Shown here in pieces: positions 48,601 through 61,569 of a DNA stretch of 64,000 nt. Source of the DNA: Mobula hypostoma (taxonomy: Eukaryota); the NCBI RefSeq assembly GCF_963921235.1, contig NC_086108.1, positions 27,654,001-27,718,000 of the forward strand, given 5' to 3'. The translations under genes and the position numbers were made by a program. Numbering within the stretch: position 1 is the first letter of the stretch; each line of letters opens with the position of its first letter. The notes under the pieces are model-generated. The model worked only from the letters and a program-made list of their open reading frames with translations. It was not told the DNA's origin and did no database searches.

Positions 48601-48988
48601 GTGATGTGGAGAGAATGAGTCATGAGTTTTGACCTGGCCTTCAGCAGGTCCCTGCCTCAAGACCTCCTGATGGTCTTCTGACTGCTCATGCTTCCGTTGA
48701 TCAGAGACATACAGAATTTGTTGGAAATACTTTATTTTTTAAAAAAATTACCGAAGAGTTTCATTTATGTATAGCACTGTCATGGTCTGGTATGTGAAAT
48801 TTGCATTCGGGTTCATGGTCCGGTCCATGACAAGCACATTGGCCATTTTTCTTTATTTAGTAGTTTTCCTTGCCTGTGATGTCCATTTATTGACCATCTC
48901 AGATAGCCTTTGGTGGTGTGATGACTTCTCAATCTGCTGTACTTAAGTAGCAACTTCCAGGATTTAAACCTTACAATAGTAGAAACAG

Positions 48989-49909
48989 CAACACACATCA
49001 AAGTTGCTGGTGAACGCAGCAGGCCAAGCAGCATCTATAGAAAGAGGTGCAGTCGACGTTTCAGGCCGAGATCCTTCGTCAGGACTAACTGAAGGAAGAG
49101 TGAGTAAGGGATTTGAAAGCTGGAGGGGGAGGGGGAGATCCAAAATGATAGGAGAAGACAGGAGGGGGAGGGATGGAGCCGAGAGCTGGACAGGTGATAG
49201 GCAGAAGGGGATACGAGAGGATCATGGGACAGGAGGTCCGGGAAGAAAGACGGGGGGGGGGGTGACCCAGAGGATGGGCAAGAGGTATATTCAGAGGGAT
49301 AGAGGGAGAAAAAGGAGAGTGAGACAAAGAATGTGTGCATAAAAAAGAGTAACAGATGGGGTACGAGGGGGAGGTGGGGCCTAGCGGAAGTTAGAGAAGT
49401 CAATGTTCATGCCATCAGGTTGGAGGCTACCCATACGGAATATAAGGTGTTGTTCCTCCAACCTGAGTGTGGCTTCATCTTTACAGTAGAGGAGGCCGTG
49501 GATAGACATGTCAGAATGGGAATGGGATGTGGAATTAAAATGTGTGGCCACTGGGAGATCCTGCTTTCTCTGGCGGACAGAGCGTAGATGTTCAGCAAAG
49601 CGGTCTCCCAGTCTGCGTCGGGTCTCACCAATATATAAAAGGCCACATCGGGAGCACTGGACGCAGTATATCACCCCAGTCGACTCACAGGTGAAGTGAT
49701 GCCTCACCTGGAAGGACTGTTTGGGGCCCTGAATGGTGGTAAGGGAGGAAGTGTAAGGGCATGTGTAGCACTTGTTCCGCTTACACGGATAAGTGCCAGG
49801 AGGGAGATCAGTGGGGAGGGATGGGGGGGACGAATGGACAAGGGAGTTGTGTAGGGAGCGATCCCTGCGGAATGCAGAAAGAGGGGGGGAGGGAAAGATA
49901 TGCTTAGTG
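48989..49909 (-). mobile_element. Penelope-like element (Neptune-type), 5'-truncated, with open GIY-YIG endonuclease frame
   Basis: Frame reads ...CKRNKCYTC...GVIYCVQCSRCGLLYIGETRRRLGDRFAEH...HF...E...GMN* (stop 49381-49383); TSD AATAGTAGAAACAG at 48975-48988 and 49922-49935. Confidence 0.95.
49051..49086 (-). ncRNA. Minimal type-I hammerhead ribozyme motif
   Basis: Minus strand AGUC-CUGACGA-AGG(AUCUCGG)CCU-GAAA-CG-UC-GACU, in the sense orientation of the PLE ORF. Confidence 0.8.
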
Positions 49910-50308
49910 TAGAAATAGTAGAATAGTAGAAACAGAGTAGTTTCTTGAGCTAGGAGATAGAGGTAGAATTGTCAGTTCACCTGCTGTTCTTCTCCTCCGT
50001 GGCAGTATTATCAGAGTAGTCTCTGCAAGTAATTACAATGACTTTTGCACATAGTACACAATGGAGACACTGTACACTTGTGGTGAAGGAGATAAATCTT
50101 TAGGCTCGTGGATGTGGTGCTAATCAAATAAGCAGATTTGCATTGACATTCTTGAGGGATGTTGGAGCCACACTCATCTCAGCAGTGCCACGTGGATGGT
50201 GGAGAGACCTTTGGGAATCCGGAAGTGAATCATCACTGCAGGCTATATAGCCTTTGACTTGTTTTTGTAGCATGGTATTGTCTCCCTGAGTTTATCGTCA
50301 ATGGTGGC

Positions 50309-53297
50309 TGTTATGTTTTGTAATACCAAAACATAAAATTAATTGAAAGAAAACATGGAACCAGGAAATACGTGTCCTAGTTTCATTTTTACTTTAAAGG
50401 AGGCACGCACTTATATTGTGGTAGTGTGATGATGTATGTCATTCAAGTATTTTTGCATATATATATATACTTTTTTACATATATAAATAAATTACTTAAT
50501 GGAACAAGAAGGATTAATCAAACAATGTATATTGACAATATTACACAGACATTGTTGAAATATTAAATACACAACAGACTCCCTATTATAGTTAGCTATA
50601 AACTCCAACTCAATATAGAAAGCATTTTAATTTATATATATATGTAGGCCATTCACTTCAATCACTCATAACATGTGATATGACAGCAGCATAAGGAAAG
50701 GAGTCACACCCAGGCAAGCTTCACTGGATGGTGTGGATCCTAATGTGTGAGTTCTGTGTCTGTGTCTGACGTCACCATTTCCTTTATCTTTTGAATGCCA
50801 CCTCACACTGCTTTGTCCATGCCTATTTCTTCCCAATCTGTAGCAATGACTTCATGGGATGGAGTACAGTAGCTAGGTTTGGCAGGAACCTGTTATAGTC
50901 ATTGACCAATCTTAAAAACGACGGCATCTGTGACACGTCTTTTGGCCTTCAGGCATTCACCACTGCTTGCATTTTCTCAGAACACTTGTTTAGTTCTTGT
51001 GTGTAATACTGTGATGACAGGAAGTTCTGCTTGGTTTGAAGAACTCTCACTTGTTGCATCGTGCTCTTCGCCTATAATCTTCCAATCTTTTTAACGCTGT
51101 GTTGATATTTTGGAGATGTTCCTTGTCATCCTTACCAGTAACAATGATGTCATCCAGGTAACTGAATGCCTGGGCAGTCTTGCAGCACCTGGTCCATAGC
51201 CTTCTGCCAGAGTGCGGGTGCAGATGCTGCTCCAAAAATAAACTTACTAAAGTGATAAAGCCCTTTGTGAGTGTTTATGGTGAGAAATACTTAAGACCCT
51301 TCTTCCATCTCCATCTGCAGCTTGGCTTCAGCTAAGTTCACTTTGCTGAAGTGCTCCCCTCCAGAAAAGTTTGCAAATATATCCTCCATTTTGGGCAGCA
51401 GGTTTTGATCTGCTTTCAGTACTGGGTGGGTGGTGACCTTAAAATCACTACAGATCTTAATAGACCTATCTTTCTTGGCTACTGAGACCACTGGCATGGC
51501 CCAAGGGGCCCAACCAACCTTTGAGGAATTCCTTCAGCCTCCATGTGATCTAGCTCACTGGCAACTTTATCATGGATGGTATAAGGAAGTGGATAGGCTT
51601 TGTAAAACTTAGGTGTGGCATTTTCATTCAACACTATCTTCCCCTTGGTATATTTGTTTTTCAATGCCATTCTTGAGCACTGTAGTGGTATAATTCAGTA
51701 TCTTTCTTAATTTGCTTCCAGTTGACTCTATTGCAGTGAATGTTGCATGCAAATAGTAGATTTTGAATTAAGTTCTGGTTGTTTCAGCCAATCACATCTC
51801 CACAATGCTGGCCTTCCTGTTTTTACCACATACAAGCCCAATGTGTCTTTTCAGTTGTTATATTTCACTGTTACAAATGTCATTGCCCCAGGAGTTATCT
51901 TTTTCTCCAGTATGAATTTTTAGTTAGATATTTGCAGGCTTCAGTTCAATATTTTTGAAATACCATTCAAATGTATTTTGTAGTATGACTAATACAACTG
52001 AACCAGTGTCCAATTCCATTTTAATTATTTTGCTGTTCGCTTCTGCTGTAAACCATTTTGCTTATCTCTTATCAGTTTTCACTTTGTAAATCTCAAGGCT
52101 ATTCAGTTCTGTTTCACTCTCATCATTATCAGGATTTTTCATCAATAGCATGCAGATTAGTGCTCTTTTTGAAACTACAACTTGACTTTTTGTCTTTTTC
52201 TCTTCCCTGTGCAGTCTATTTATTTTTGTCTGCCCAACATGCTTTTTTTTATATGTCCTGCTTGGTTGCATTTTCTGCAAGTTTCACCTTTAAACTTGAA
52301 TTATTCGGGTGCATATGAGCCCCAGCCTCACTGGTAACACAATTTGTTCTGCCTGGCTGCTTTCCTTTTAGATGTTGCAATTTGATTCATGCTGACTTTC
52401 ATTCCTGACTGTAATTCGATTGCATTCTGTCTGCAGCTTCTATTGATACAGGAATTTCAACTGCTCCTTCAAATGTGAGTTGTGCTTCACTTAGGAGCCA
52501 TTTCTGATCACTTTCTTGTAAGGTTTCACAAACTAAACAGACTTTCAATGTATCATTAAGCCCATCACTGAATTGACAATGCTTGGACAATTTCTTCAGT
52601 TCTGCCACGTAAGCTGAAATAGACTCCCCTTCCTTTTGATTCCGCTTATGAAACCTAAAGTGTTCTGCAATCAACAATGGTTTCAATTCTAAATAATTCC
52701 TCATTACTTTCACAATATCAGCAAAGCTCATTTTAGCTGGTTTCTTTGTACCAGTTAGCTTTCAAAGCAAGCTGTATGCCTTTAAACCCAAAACACTTAG
52801 CAAAACTGGCACTTGTTTTTCATTGGTCATTTCATTTGCTTCAAAATACTGCTCAAATCGCACAGCCTATATATTCCAATAGTGCACATCTACCTTTCTG
52901 ACGTTGCCAGCTATTTCTGCTTTTATAATTTATGATTATTTTCATCTGGTATTCAACTGTTTGTGAACCTTGAATTCGTCATTTTCTGTCTTTGTTTTTA
53001 AAGTAGGACATCTCACTCTACTGTAACAGGTAGGTAGTCAGCTTGGGTTAATTTGGAAACTTCCTTGTTGCCATTATTGTGTTGTGTAATTCCAAAATAT
53101 AAAACTAATTGAAAGAAATCAGAGCCAGAAAATGTGTGTCTTAGTTCCGTTCTGGGATGTAGTGGCATAATGACATATGCGATTCATGTTCTTTTACATA
53201 TAACCTCTAACTAACTATTTAAACAAACAAGAATGTTTAATCAAACAAAATATTTACAATATTACTCAAATATTCCTGGAATATTAAATACACAATG
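50309..53297 (-). mobile_element. Ty3/Gypsy (Mag-like) LTR retrotransposon, decayed, RNase H/integrase missing
   Basis: LTRs 50309-50576 and ~53075-53297; PBS-like TGGCAACAAGGA; gag FHKRNQKEGESISAYVAELKKLSKHCQF; RT PVVSVAKKDRSIKICSDFK and YLDDII. Confidence 0.9.
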
Positions 53298-53299
53298 TG

Positions 53300-54500
53300 C
53301 CTACTAGATGTTATCATTAGAGCAGTGGGTGGTGGTAGAGTCACTGAGGTCAGGGGGAGGTGGTTAGTCTCTCACATTAGCGACAGTCATTGACTGATAT
53401 TTTGTGCTCATCATTGTTGCTTGCTATTTATCGCCACATCTCTGAATGTTGCCTAGCTCCTGCATTCAGACATGCTTCAGTGGCTCAGAAATTATGAATA
53501 TAATTAAACAACATGCATTCTTCAGCAAACATCCCCACTGACAGGGTAATAATTAGCCATATTGGATTCCTCCTGTTTATTTTTTTGTGAACAGGATTTA
53601 ACTGGACAATTTTTCACATTGGTGGGTAGATTCCAGTATTGTAACTTTTCTGGAATAGCTTGTTTACATGCATTGTTTATTCTGACCTCTTGATGGAAGG
53701 AAGATCACTGATAAAGCAGCTGAAGAAGTTTCGTTTCAGGGCATTGCCCTGAGGAACTCCAATAGTGATGACTGTCCTCAACAACAGCAGCCATCTTCCT
53801 TTATGAAAGGTAACTTTCCATCCATTGGAGTCCTTTCTCCTTAATGCACATTGAGTTTAGTTTTACCAGTACTCCATAATGCCACACTCAGTCAAATGTT
53901 GCCTTGACATCAAGGCAAGCACTCTCATCTCACCTCTAGATTTCATCTCTTTAGTCCATGTTCACAAAAAAAACAGTTGTGAGATCTGAATCTGATTGAG
54001 CCTGGCAAAGCTCAAACTGGGTTAAACGGATAGTTTATTGAGACATCTTCTATCATTTAGCTGACTACTGACGGTAGACAGGATAGCTAGATGAAATTTG
54101 GTCTGCCTTTTGTGAATCAGATGATAAGATGTTCTGAGGATTTTTTTTTTTGCATTGCCAGGTAGATTCCAGTGTTGTAACTGCATTGCAACAGCTTGGT
54201 TTGAAGCATGGTTATTTCTGCAGAGCAAATTCTTAGTATTGCAATCAGGATGTTCTCTAGTCTATAGCTTTTTCAGTCTTCTCAACTGTTATATCACAGT
54301 GAGTAAATTGAACTGGCTGGGGACTGGTTTCTGTGATGTGAGAAATCCTGGCAGGAAGTTAAGATAGATCATCCACTTGGTATTTCTGGTTGCAAATGCT
54401 TCAGACTTAACACTTACAACCATTGAAGATAAGGATATCATTAGAGCCTCCCTAGCATTTATTTGTCCACCATTTGATTACAAAATAGTGCAGAATATGA
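53300..54500 (-). mobile_element. Ancient CR1/L2-group LINE RT remnant (host of the Mag-like element; continues at ~50100-50308)
   Basis: Decayed RT motifs on the minus strand (GVPQG from GCCCTGAGGAACTCC; ALDVKATFD-like from TCAAATGTTGCCTTGACATCAAGG). Confidence 0.55.
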
Positions 54501-55698
54501 GCAAACCATTAAACACAAACTCATCTGAAGAATTGCCGTTGGTTAGTTTTACTCGAGACCATTCTAATAAAAGAAAATAAGTCAAAAAATGATCTGATGT
54601 TATGTGTTATAATTGGGGCCACCAGCCCTGTACAAATCCAGAGCTGTGCTGGATATGCCAGATATTATTGGTGTAAAACATAGGAGGGGGCAGATACAAA
54701 GTGCACACTGACAAACCCCCATCATCATCAGTTGGGCAGCTTTTGGAATATTCTTGCACTCAATGGTGAGTGGTAGGTTGGAAACATCTGTACTGCCTGC
54801 ATGCACTGACTTCCAAGCTGGAGTGTGCAGGTACAGAGCACTGACGCATGCACAGCAGGTAGCTGGCAGAGCTAGGGAAAATCCAGCTTTTCACTCACAG
54901 ATCTTTGCCATGTCATGTCTCTCAAAGATCCAAAGCATGTTTTAGGATGGGTTAAGGAAGAAAATTAGTGTGGTTTTACAGCACTGCCCTTACTGAAAAC
55001 ACTGGCAGCTCAGGTTTCTCATGTGGGTGTGGTACTCTCCAATGGAGAGCATTTTACTACGGAGATTTACTACACAATGGTAATCCAGACAGTTGGGAAG
55101 GACTTATTGTTCTTAATATCAGTGATTGCTGGAAAGCTGGCTGCATCCCCTAACCCTGATGCGCAGATACCGGACATACTTCTGTCGATTTGAGATAAAA
55201 GCACTATTCATTCTGAAATTTCTGGCAGTTTCCTTGTAGCAAGAACAGATTACTCGTGTGGGGGGGGGGGGGGTGTCAATGTCTGAGTTGCATTGTGATA
55301 TGAACCAAGTTCCTGCATATTTTCAGTACTGTAGTATACTATTGTTGCAAATTCATAGAAATTGTCCTCAGGGTTCAGCCTCTCTATCCAAGGAATAATG
55401 TCGGTTAACTGTAATTGTTAAACAATTGTGTCAAAGGCATGAAGGGTAATCTGATGAATAATTCTGGTCAGCAAAACCACACACAGGAATCTCTACGCAC
55501 CTCCCTATATCAGGATCAGAATCAGAGAAATGACCCCATTTACTGGCACCTTATACCCAACACCATAGAAACATAGACAACCTACAGCAATATACAGGCC
55601 CTTCAGCCCACAATGCTGTGCCAAACATGTCCTTACTTTAGAAATTACCTAGGCTTACCCATAGCTCTCTATTTTTCTAAGCTCCATATACCTACCCA

Positions 55699-56046
55699 TT
55701 CATCCAGGTGCCTTGCCGTTTGGCATGGGCGATCATGTCTCTCCATCCATCAGTCCCTGACCCTCTGAATTGTACTTGTTGCCTCCCCTGTTTCTAACCA
55801 TGATGTTCTACCATCTATCATTTTCGTTCCCTATCTTTTTCCTTTCAGCTTTCCAGTTGTAACTAAATGCTCTAATGTCTCTGCTCGCATGATGTATCCA
55901 AAGAATTTTGATTGCTGATTTCTGATTTTTTTAAGCAATGTACATTTTGTTTTCATTCTCTGTAGAACTTCTTCGTTGGTTATCCTGTCCATATGTTATA
56001 TGCATAGCATTCTTCTGAGGAACCACATCTCTGCTGCATTAATTCT
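55699..56046 (-). mobile_element. RTE-clade LINE 3' fragment
   Basis: Minus strand reads RINAAEMWFLRRML...RITNEEVL...SKFFGYIMR...GKLKGKR; TSD-like TACCCA/TATCCA. Confidence 0.8.
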
Positions 56047-58778
56047 TATCCAGGAGTCTCTTAAAAGACCCGATCGTATCCGTCTCCACCACCGCCACTG
56101 GCAATCCATTCCACTCACTCTCCACTCTCTGTGTAAAAAACTTACCCCTGACATCTCCTCTGTACCTACTTCCAATCACCTTAAAACTGTGCCCTCTCGT
56201 ACTAGCCATTTCAGCCCTGGGAAAAAAACTTCTGACTATCGAAATAATCAATGCTTCTGTCAACTTGTACACATCTATCATGTCACCTCTCATCCTCCAT
56301 CACTCCAAGGAGAAAAGACCGAGTTCACTCAACCTATTCTCATAAGGCATGCTCCCCAAACCAGGCAACCTCCTTGTAAATCCCCTCTTCACCCTTTCTA
56401 TGGTTTCCACATCCTTCCTCTAGTGAGGCGACCAGAACTGAGCACAGTACTCCAAGTGGGGTCTGACCAGGGTCCTAAACAGCTGCAACATTACCTCTCA
56501 GCTCTTAAACTCAATCCCACAACTGATGAAGGCTAATACACTGTACGCCTTCTTAACCACAGAGTCAACCTGCGCAGCAGCTTTGAGTGTCCTATGGACT
56601 CGGACCCCAAGATCCCGCTGATCCTCCACACTGCCAAGAGTCTTACCATTAATGCTATATTCTACTAACTCATCCCTCCACTTCCTCATCCAGGTCATTT
56701 ATAAAAATCATGAAGAGTAGGGGTCCCAGAACAGATCCCTGAGGCACACCACTGGTCACCAACCTCCATGCAGAATATGACCCATCTATGACCTGTCTAC
56801 AACCTTCTGTGGACAAGCCAGTTCTGGATCCACAAAGCAGTGTTCCCTTGGGTCCCATGCCTCCTTACTCGCTCAATAAGCCTTGCTGAAATCCATATGC
56901 ACTACATCTACTGCTCTACCTTCATCAATGTGTTTAGTCACATCCTCAAAAAATTCAATCAGGCTCGTAAGGCACGACCTGCCTTTGACAAAGCCATGCT
57001 GACTATTCCTAGTCATATTATGCCTCTCCAAATGTTCATAAATCCTGCCTCTCAGGATCTTCTCCATCATCTTACCAACCACTGAAGTAAGACTCACTGG
57101 TCTATAATTTCCTGGGCTATCTCTACTCCCCTTCTTGAATAAGGGAACAACATCCACAACCTTCCAATCCTCCAGAACCTCTCCCGTCCCCATTGATGAT
57201 GCAAATATCATTGCCAGAGGCTCAGTAATCACCTCCCTCACCTCCCACAGTAGCCTGGGGTACATCTTGTCCAGTCCCGGTGACTTATCCAACTTGATGC
57301 TCTCCAAAAGCTCCAGCACATCCTCTTCCTTAATATCTACATGCTTAAGTTTTTCAGTCCACTGCAAGTCATCCCTACAATTGCCAAGATCCTTTTCCAC
57401 AGTGAGTACTGAAGCAAAGTATTCATTAAGTACCTCTGCTATCTCCTCCGGTTCAATGCACACTCTTCCACTGTTATACTTGATTGATCATATTCTCTCA
57501 TATCTTATCCTCTTGTTCTTCACATACTTGTAGAATGCCTTGGGGCTTTCCTTAATCCTGTCCGCCAAGGCCTTCTCATGGCCCCATCTGGCTCACCTAA
57601 TTTCATTCTTAAGCTCCTTCCTGCTAGCCTTATAATCATCTAGATCTTGATCATTACCTAGTTTTTTTGAACCTTTCATAAGTTCAGCTTTTCTTCTTGA
57701 CTAGACTTACAACAGCCTTTGTACACCAGGGTTCCTGTACCCTAGTATCTTTTCCCTGTCTCTTTGGAACGTACCTATGCAGAACCCCACGCAAATGTCC
57801 CCTGAACATTTGCCATATTTCTTCCGTACATTTCCCTGAGAACATCTGTTTCCAATTTATGTTTCCATTTTATGTTTCCAAGTTCCTGCCTGATAGCCTC
57901 ATATTTCCCCTTACTCCAATTAAACACTTTCCTAACTTGTCTGTTTCTATCCTTTTCCAATCCTTTGGTAAAGGAGATAGAATTGTGATCACTATCTCCA
58001 AAATGCTCTCCCACTGAGAGATCTGACACCGGACCAGGTTCATTTCCCAATACCAGATCAAGTACAGCCTCTCCTCTTTTAGGCTTATCCACATGTGTGT
58101 CAAGAAACCTTCTTGAACACACCTAACAAACTACAACCCATCTAAACCCCGCATTCTAGGGAGATGCCAATCGATATCTGGGAAATTAAAATCTCCCACA
58201 ACAACCCTGTTATTTTTACACCTTTCCAGAATCTGTCTCCGTATCTGCTCCTCAATGTCCCTGTTACCATTAGATGGTCTATAAAAATCATCCAGTAGAG
58301 TTATTAACCCCTTCCTGTTCCTATCTTTCACCCACAGAGACTCCCTAGACAATCCCTCCATGACTTCCTCCTTTTCTGCAGCTGTGACACTATCTCTGAT
58401 CAACAGTACCACGCCTCCACCTCTTTTGCTTCCCTCACTGTCCTTTCTGAAACATCTAAAGCCTGGCACTCTAAGTTACCGTTCCTGTCCCTGAGCCATC
58501 CAAGTCTCTGTAATGGTCGCAACATCATAGCTCCAAGTACTGATCCACGCTCTAAGCTCATACGCTTTGTTCATAATAATCCCTGCATTAAAATAGACAC
58601 ATCTCAAACTATCAATCTGAGCGTGTCCCTTCTTTATCATCTGCCTAACCTCCCTCTCATATTGTCTCCAAGCTTTCTCTGTTTGTGAGCCAACCGCCTC
58701 TTCCTCCGTCTCTTCAGTTCAGTTCCCCCCCCCAGTAATTGTAGTTTAAACTCTCCCCAGTAGCCTTTGCAAACCTCC

Positions 58779-59652
58779 TGTAACTGCAGCGGTCCAATGA
58801 AATAATGCCCACGCAACATACAGATGTCCTTGAAGATTTATTTTTATTTCAGTCTCTCTCTTCAGTAGACACCGTGAAAACTACAAGAAAATAATGGACA
58901 TAAAGTTTGAAACATACATCCCTCTGTCTTTTAAAGTCTCTCAAGCTAGTGTCCGCCGATAAACAGGCCCAAACACGTTAGCACATCAGGAGTGTGCACA
59001 TCAGAAGTGTGCTGAAATCAAATAAATCACTAAGATGTATCACACTGTTCATATAAAGACACCTCAACAACATTATATGAAACAAATTAAGAAGAACAAT
59101 TACTGTGTGCGCCTCTTGGACCACATGCAGATGAGGCTATTTTAGGACCATGTGTCTTTCTCTGCTTCCATGTTGGTTCTGACCCATAATACCACAGTCA
59201 CGCTTTTATTAAACGCTAGTCATGTGACCCATTAAACTCTGGTCATGTGACCCATTACACTGTGCATAAAATAAACCTTACATAAAATATTTTAAGGTGA
59301 TAAATTAATCATGAATTTATGACAAAAACATATAAAATAAACGTTTCAATGAAACATGTCCCTGAGACAGTTACACTCCCACCAAATTACTATGATTTAT
59401 AGTCATAGTCATAGCCATAGTCATAGTTATGATAACCTTTATACAAATATTTGAATAAATCTAGTAATTTCAGAACCAAATAATTGGTATTGGTAACAAA
59501 CTCCAAGGTCGAGTTGGGTACTTTAAAGGTGTGACTTTTAAAGGTCATAAATTAATCATAAATTATATTAAATTAATGATAAATTAATCATGAATTTATG
59601 ACAGAAACATATAAAATAAACATTTCAATGAAACATGTCCCTGACAGTTACA
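58779..59652 (-). mobile_element. Collapsed LTR element (one full LTR + short internal remnant + partial second LTR)
   Basis: Termini TGTAACTG/CAGTTACA, TSD CCTCC (58774-58778, 59653-59657); 59299-59375 is repeated at ~59578-59652. Confidence 0.8.
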
Positions 59653-60799
59653 CCTCCCTGCCAGGATATTGGTTTCCCTGGGATTCAAGTGCAACCCGTC
59701 ATTTTTGTACAGGTCACACCTCCCCCAAAAGAGGTCCCAATGATCCAGAGATCTGAATCCCTGCCCTGCTCCAATCCCTCAGCCACACACTTACCCTCCA
59801 CCTCATTCTATTCTTATACTCACTGTCATGTGGCACAGGCAGTAATCCCGAGATTACTACCTTTGTGGTCCTGCCTCTCAACTTCTTTCCTAACTTCCTG
59901 TAGTCTGTTTTCGGGATCTCCTCCCTTTTCCTACCTGTGTCGTTGGTACCAATGTGTACGACGACCTCTGGCTGTTCTCCTTTCCACTTCAGGATAACAT
60001 GGACGCAATCAGAACCATCCCGGACCCTGGCAACTGGGAGGCAAACTACCATCTGTGTTTCTTTCTTGTGACAACAGAATCGCCTGTCTGACCCCCTAAC
60101 TATAGAGTCGCCTGTCACTGCTGCCTTTCTCTTCCTTTCCCTACCCTTCTGAGCCACAGGGCCGGACTCTGTGCCAGCGGCACGGCCACTGTTGCTTCCC
60201 CCAGGTAGGCCGTTCCCCCCCCCCTCAACAATACACAAGCAGGAGTACTTATTGTTAAGGGGAACAGCCACAGGTGTTACTCCCTAGCCTCTGACTCTTG
60301 CCCTTCTCTTTCCTGACTGTTACCCATTTATCTGTCTCCCGAAGCCCTGGTGTGACCACCTGCCTATAGCTTCTATCTATCACCTCCTCACTCTCCCTGA
60401 CCAGACGAAGATCATTGGGCTGCATCTCCAGTTCCCTAACACAGTCCCTAAGGAGCTGCAGCTCGACGCACCTGGTGCAAAGTGGCCGTCCGGAAGTCTG
60501 TGAGTCTCCAGGACTTCCCACATCTGACACCGAGCTAGAACACCAGCTTCACACACATTCTTCCTGTCTGTATTGTGCACAGGCAACCTACCTCACCTTG
60601 ACCCATTATCGCTGAAGTCCCATTGAGCCAAAGCCTTCCTACTCTGTCTCTCTCTACTCTGTCGCTCGCTCTCCAGACACCTGTTCTATAAAGCTGCCTC
60701 CTTTTAAACTCTTATCACTGTTCTAATTGCCTGACATCCATGCACTTGCGCATTAATTAATACTAAATTAATTTCATTTTTATTTATTCTTTCCAGATG

Positions 60800-61010
60800 C
60801 TCCTCAACTTCTGCCCAGATTCTACCACTTCAGCCTTGATGCAATTAACAGTGGCCAATCAACCTATCAACCTGCACTTCATTGTGATGTGGGAGGAATC
60901 CAAAGGAAACCCTCACAAAGGGAGAAAGTGCAAATTTTGCAGACAGTGCCAGGGGTCATGATCGAACCCCAGTCTCTGGCACTGTGAAGCAGCAGCTCTA
61001 TTAGAGATAC
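60800..61010 (-). mobile_element. HE1/V-SINE-like SINE
   Basis: GTGGGAGGAATCC...GGAAACCCTCAC...GTGCAAATT...GATCGAACCC. Confidence 0.6.
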
Positions 61011-61569
61011 AGCTGTGTTCAATACCATCCTGGCATTGATTTAATTTTTTTTATTTTGTTTCAATTTTTTTATTGCTTTGTAAACCTGCTGTATAGGTTG
61101 GAGCAGTTAATAGAGGAAAAGTTTGAACTGTACAGTGCATAGGCTTTTACGTATGTCCATTTGCTTCAAGATAGTTAGAGGGGAAATCAGCCAGAGCTTT
61201 ATTTTCTTTTAACTAATTAGTTACATTAAATGAAAACACAATAGGAGTCACGGATGGGGTAGAATAATATTATTCAAAACTCAGTTCCAATTCTTCAGGA
61301 GACAGTGATTAGTAAAGCATTCACATACTTCATTATATAATTCTGTTGTATCTTTATTTTGTTTTGCATATCTTTCTACTCTAGCTACATCATTGACAAT
61401 CTCTGGTCTTCTTCCTTCATGTTAGGTGGTCTTTCTTATGTCAATATTATTGACAAATACGTGTGATTCTGAATCTATCACTTTCCAAACATTCACACTA
61501 CCTGATGTTTGTGATACTTCTCTCGCCCTCTCAATCTACTTTTCCCAAGACCAGGGAAACATCAGAGTC

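Larger units (their letters stand above)
55562..60750 (-). mobile_element. Degenerate near-full-length CR1 LINE with two nested insertions
   Basis: ORF1 CTRCVELQLL and esterase TGDSIVRG...HIGTND (59714-60530); APE GGGVVLLIR...[36 protein letters not shown]; tail at 55562. Confidence 0.92.
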
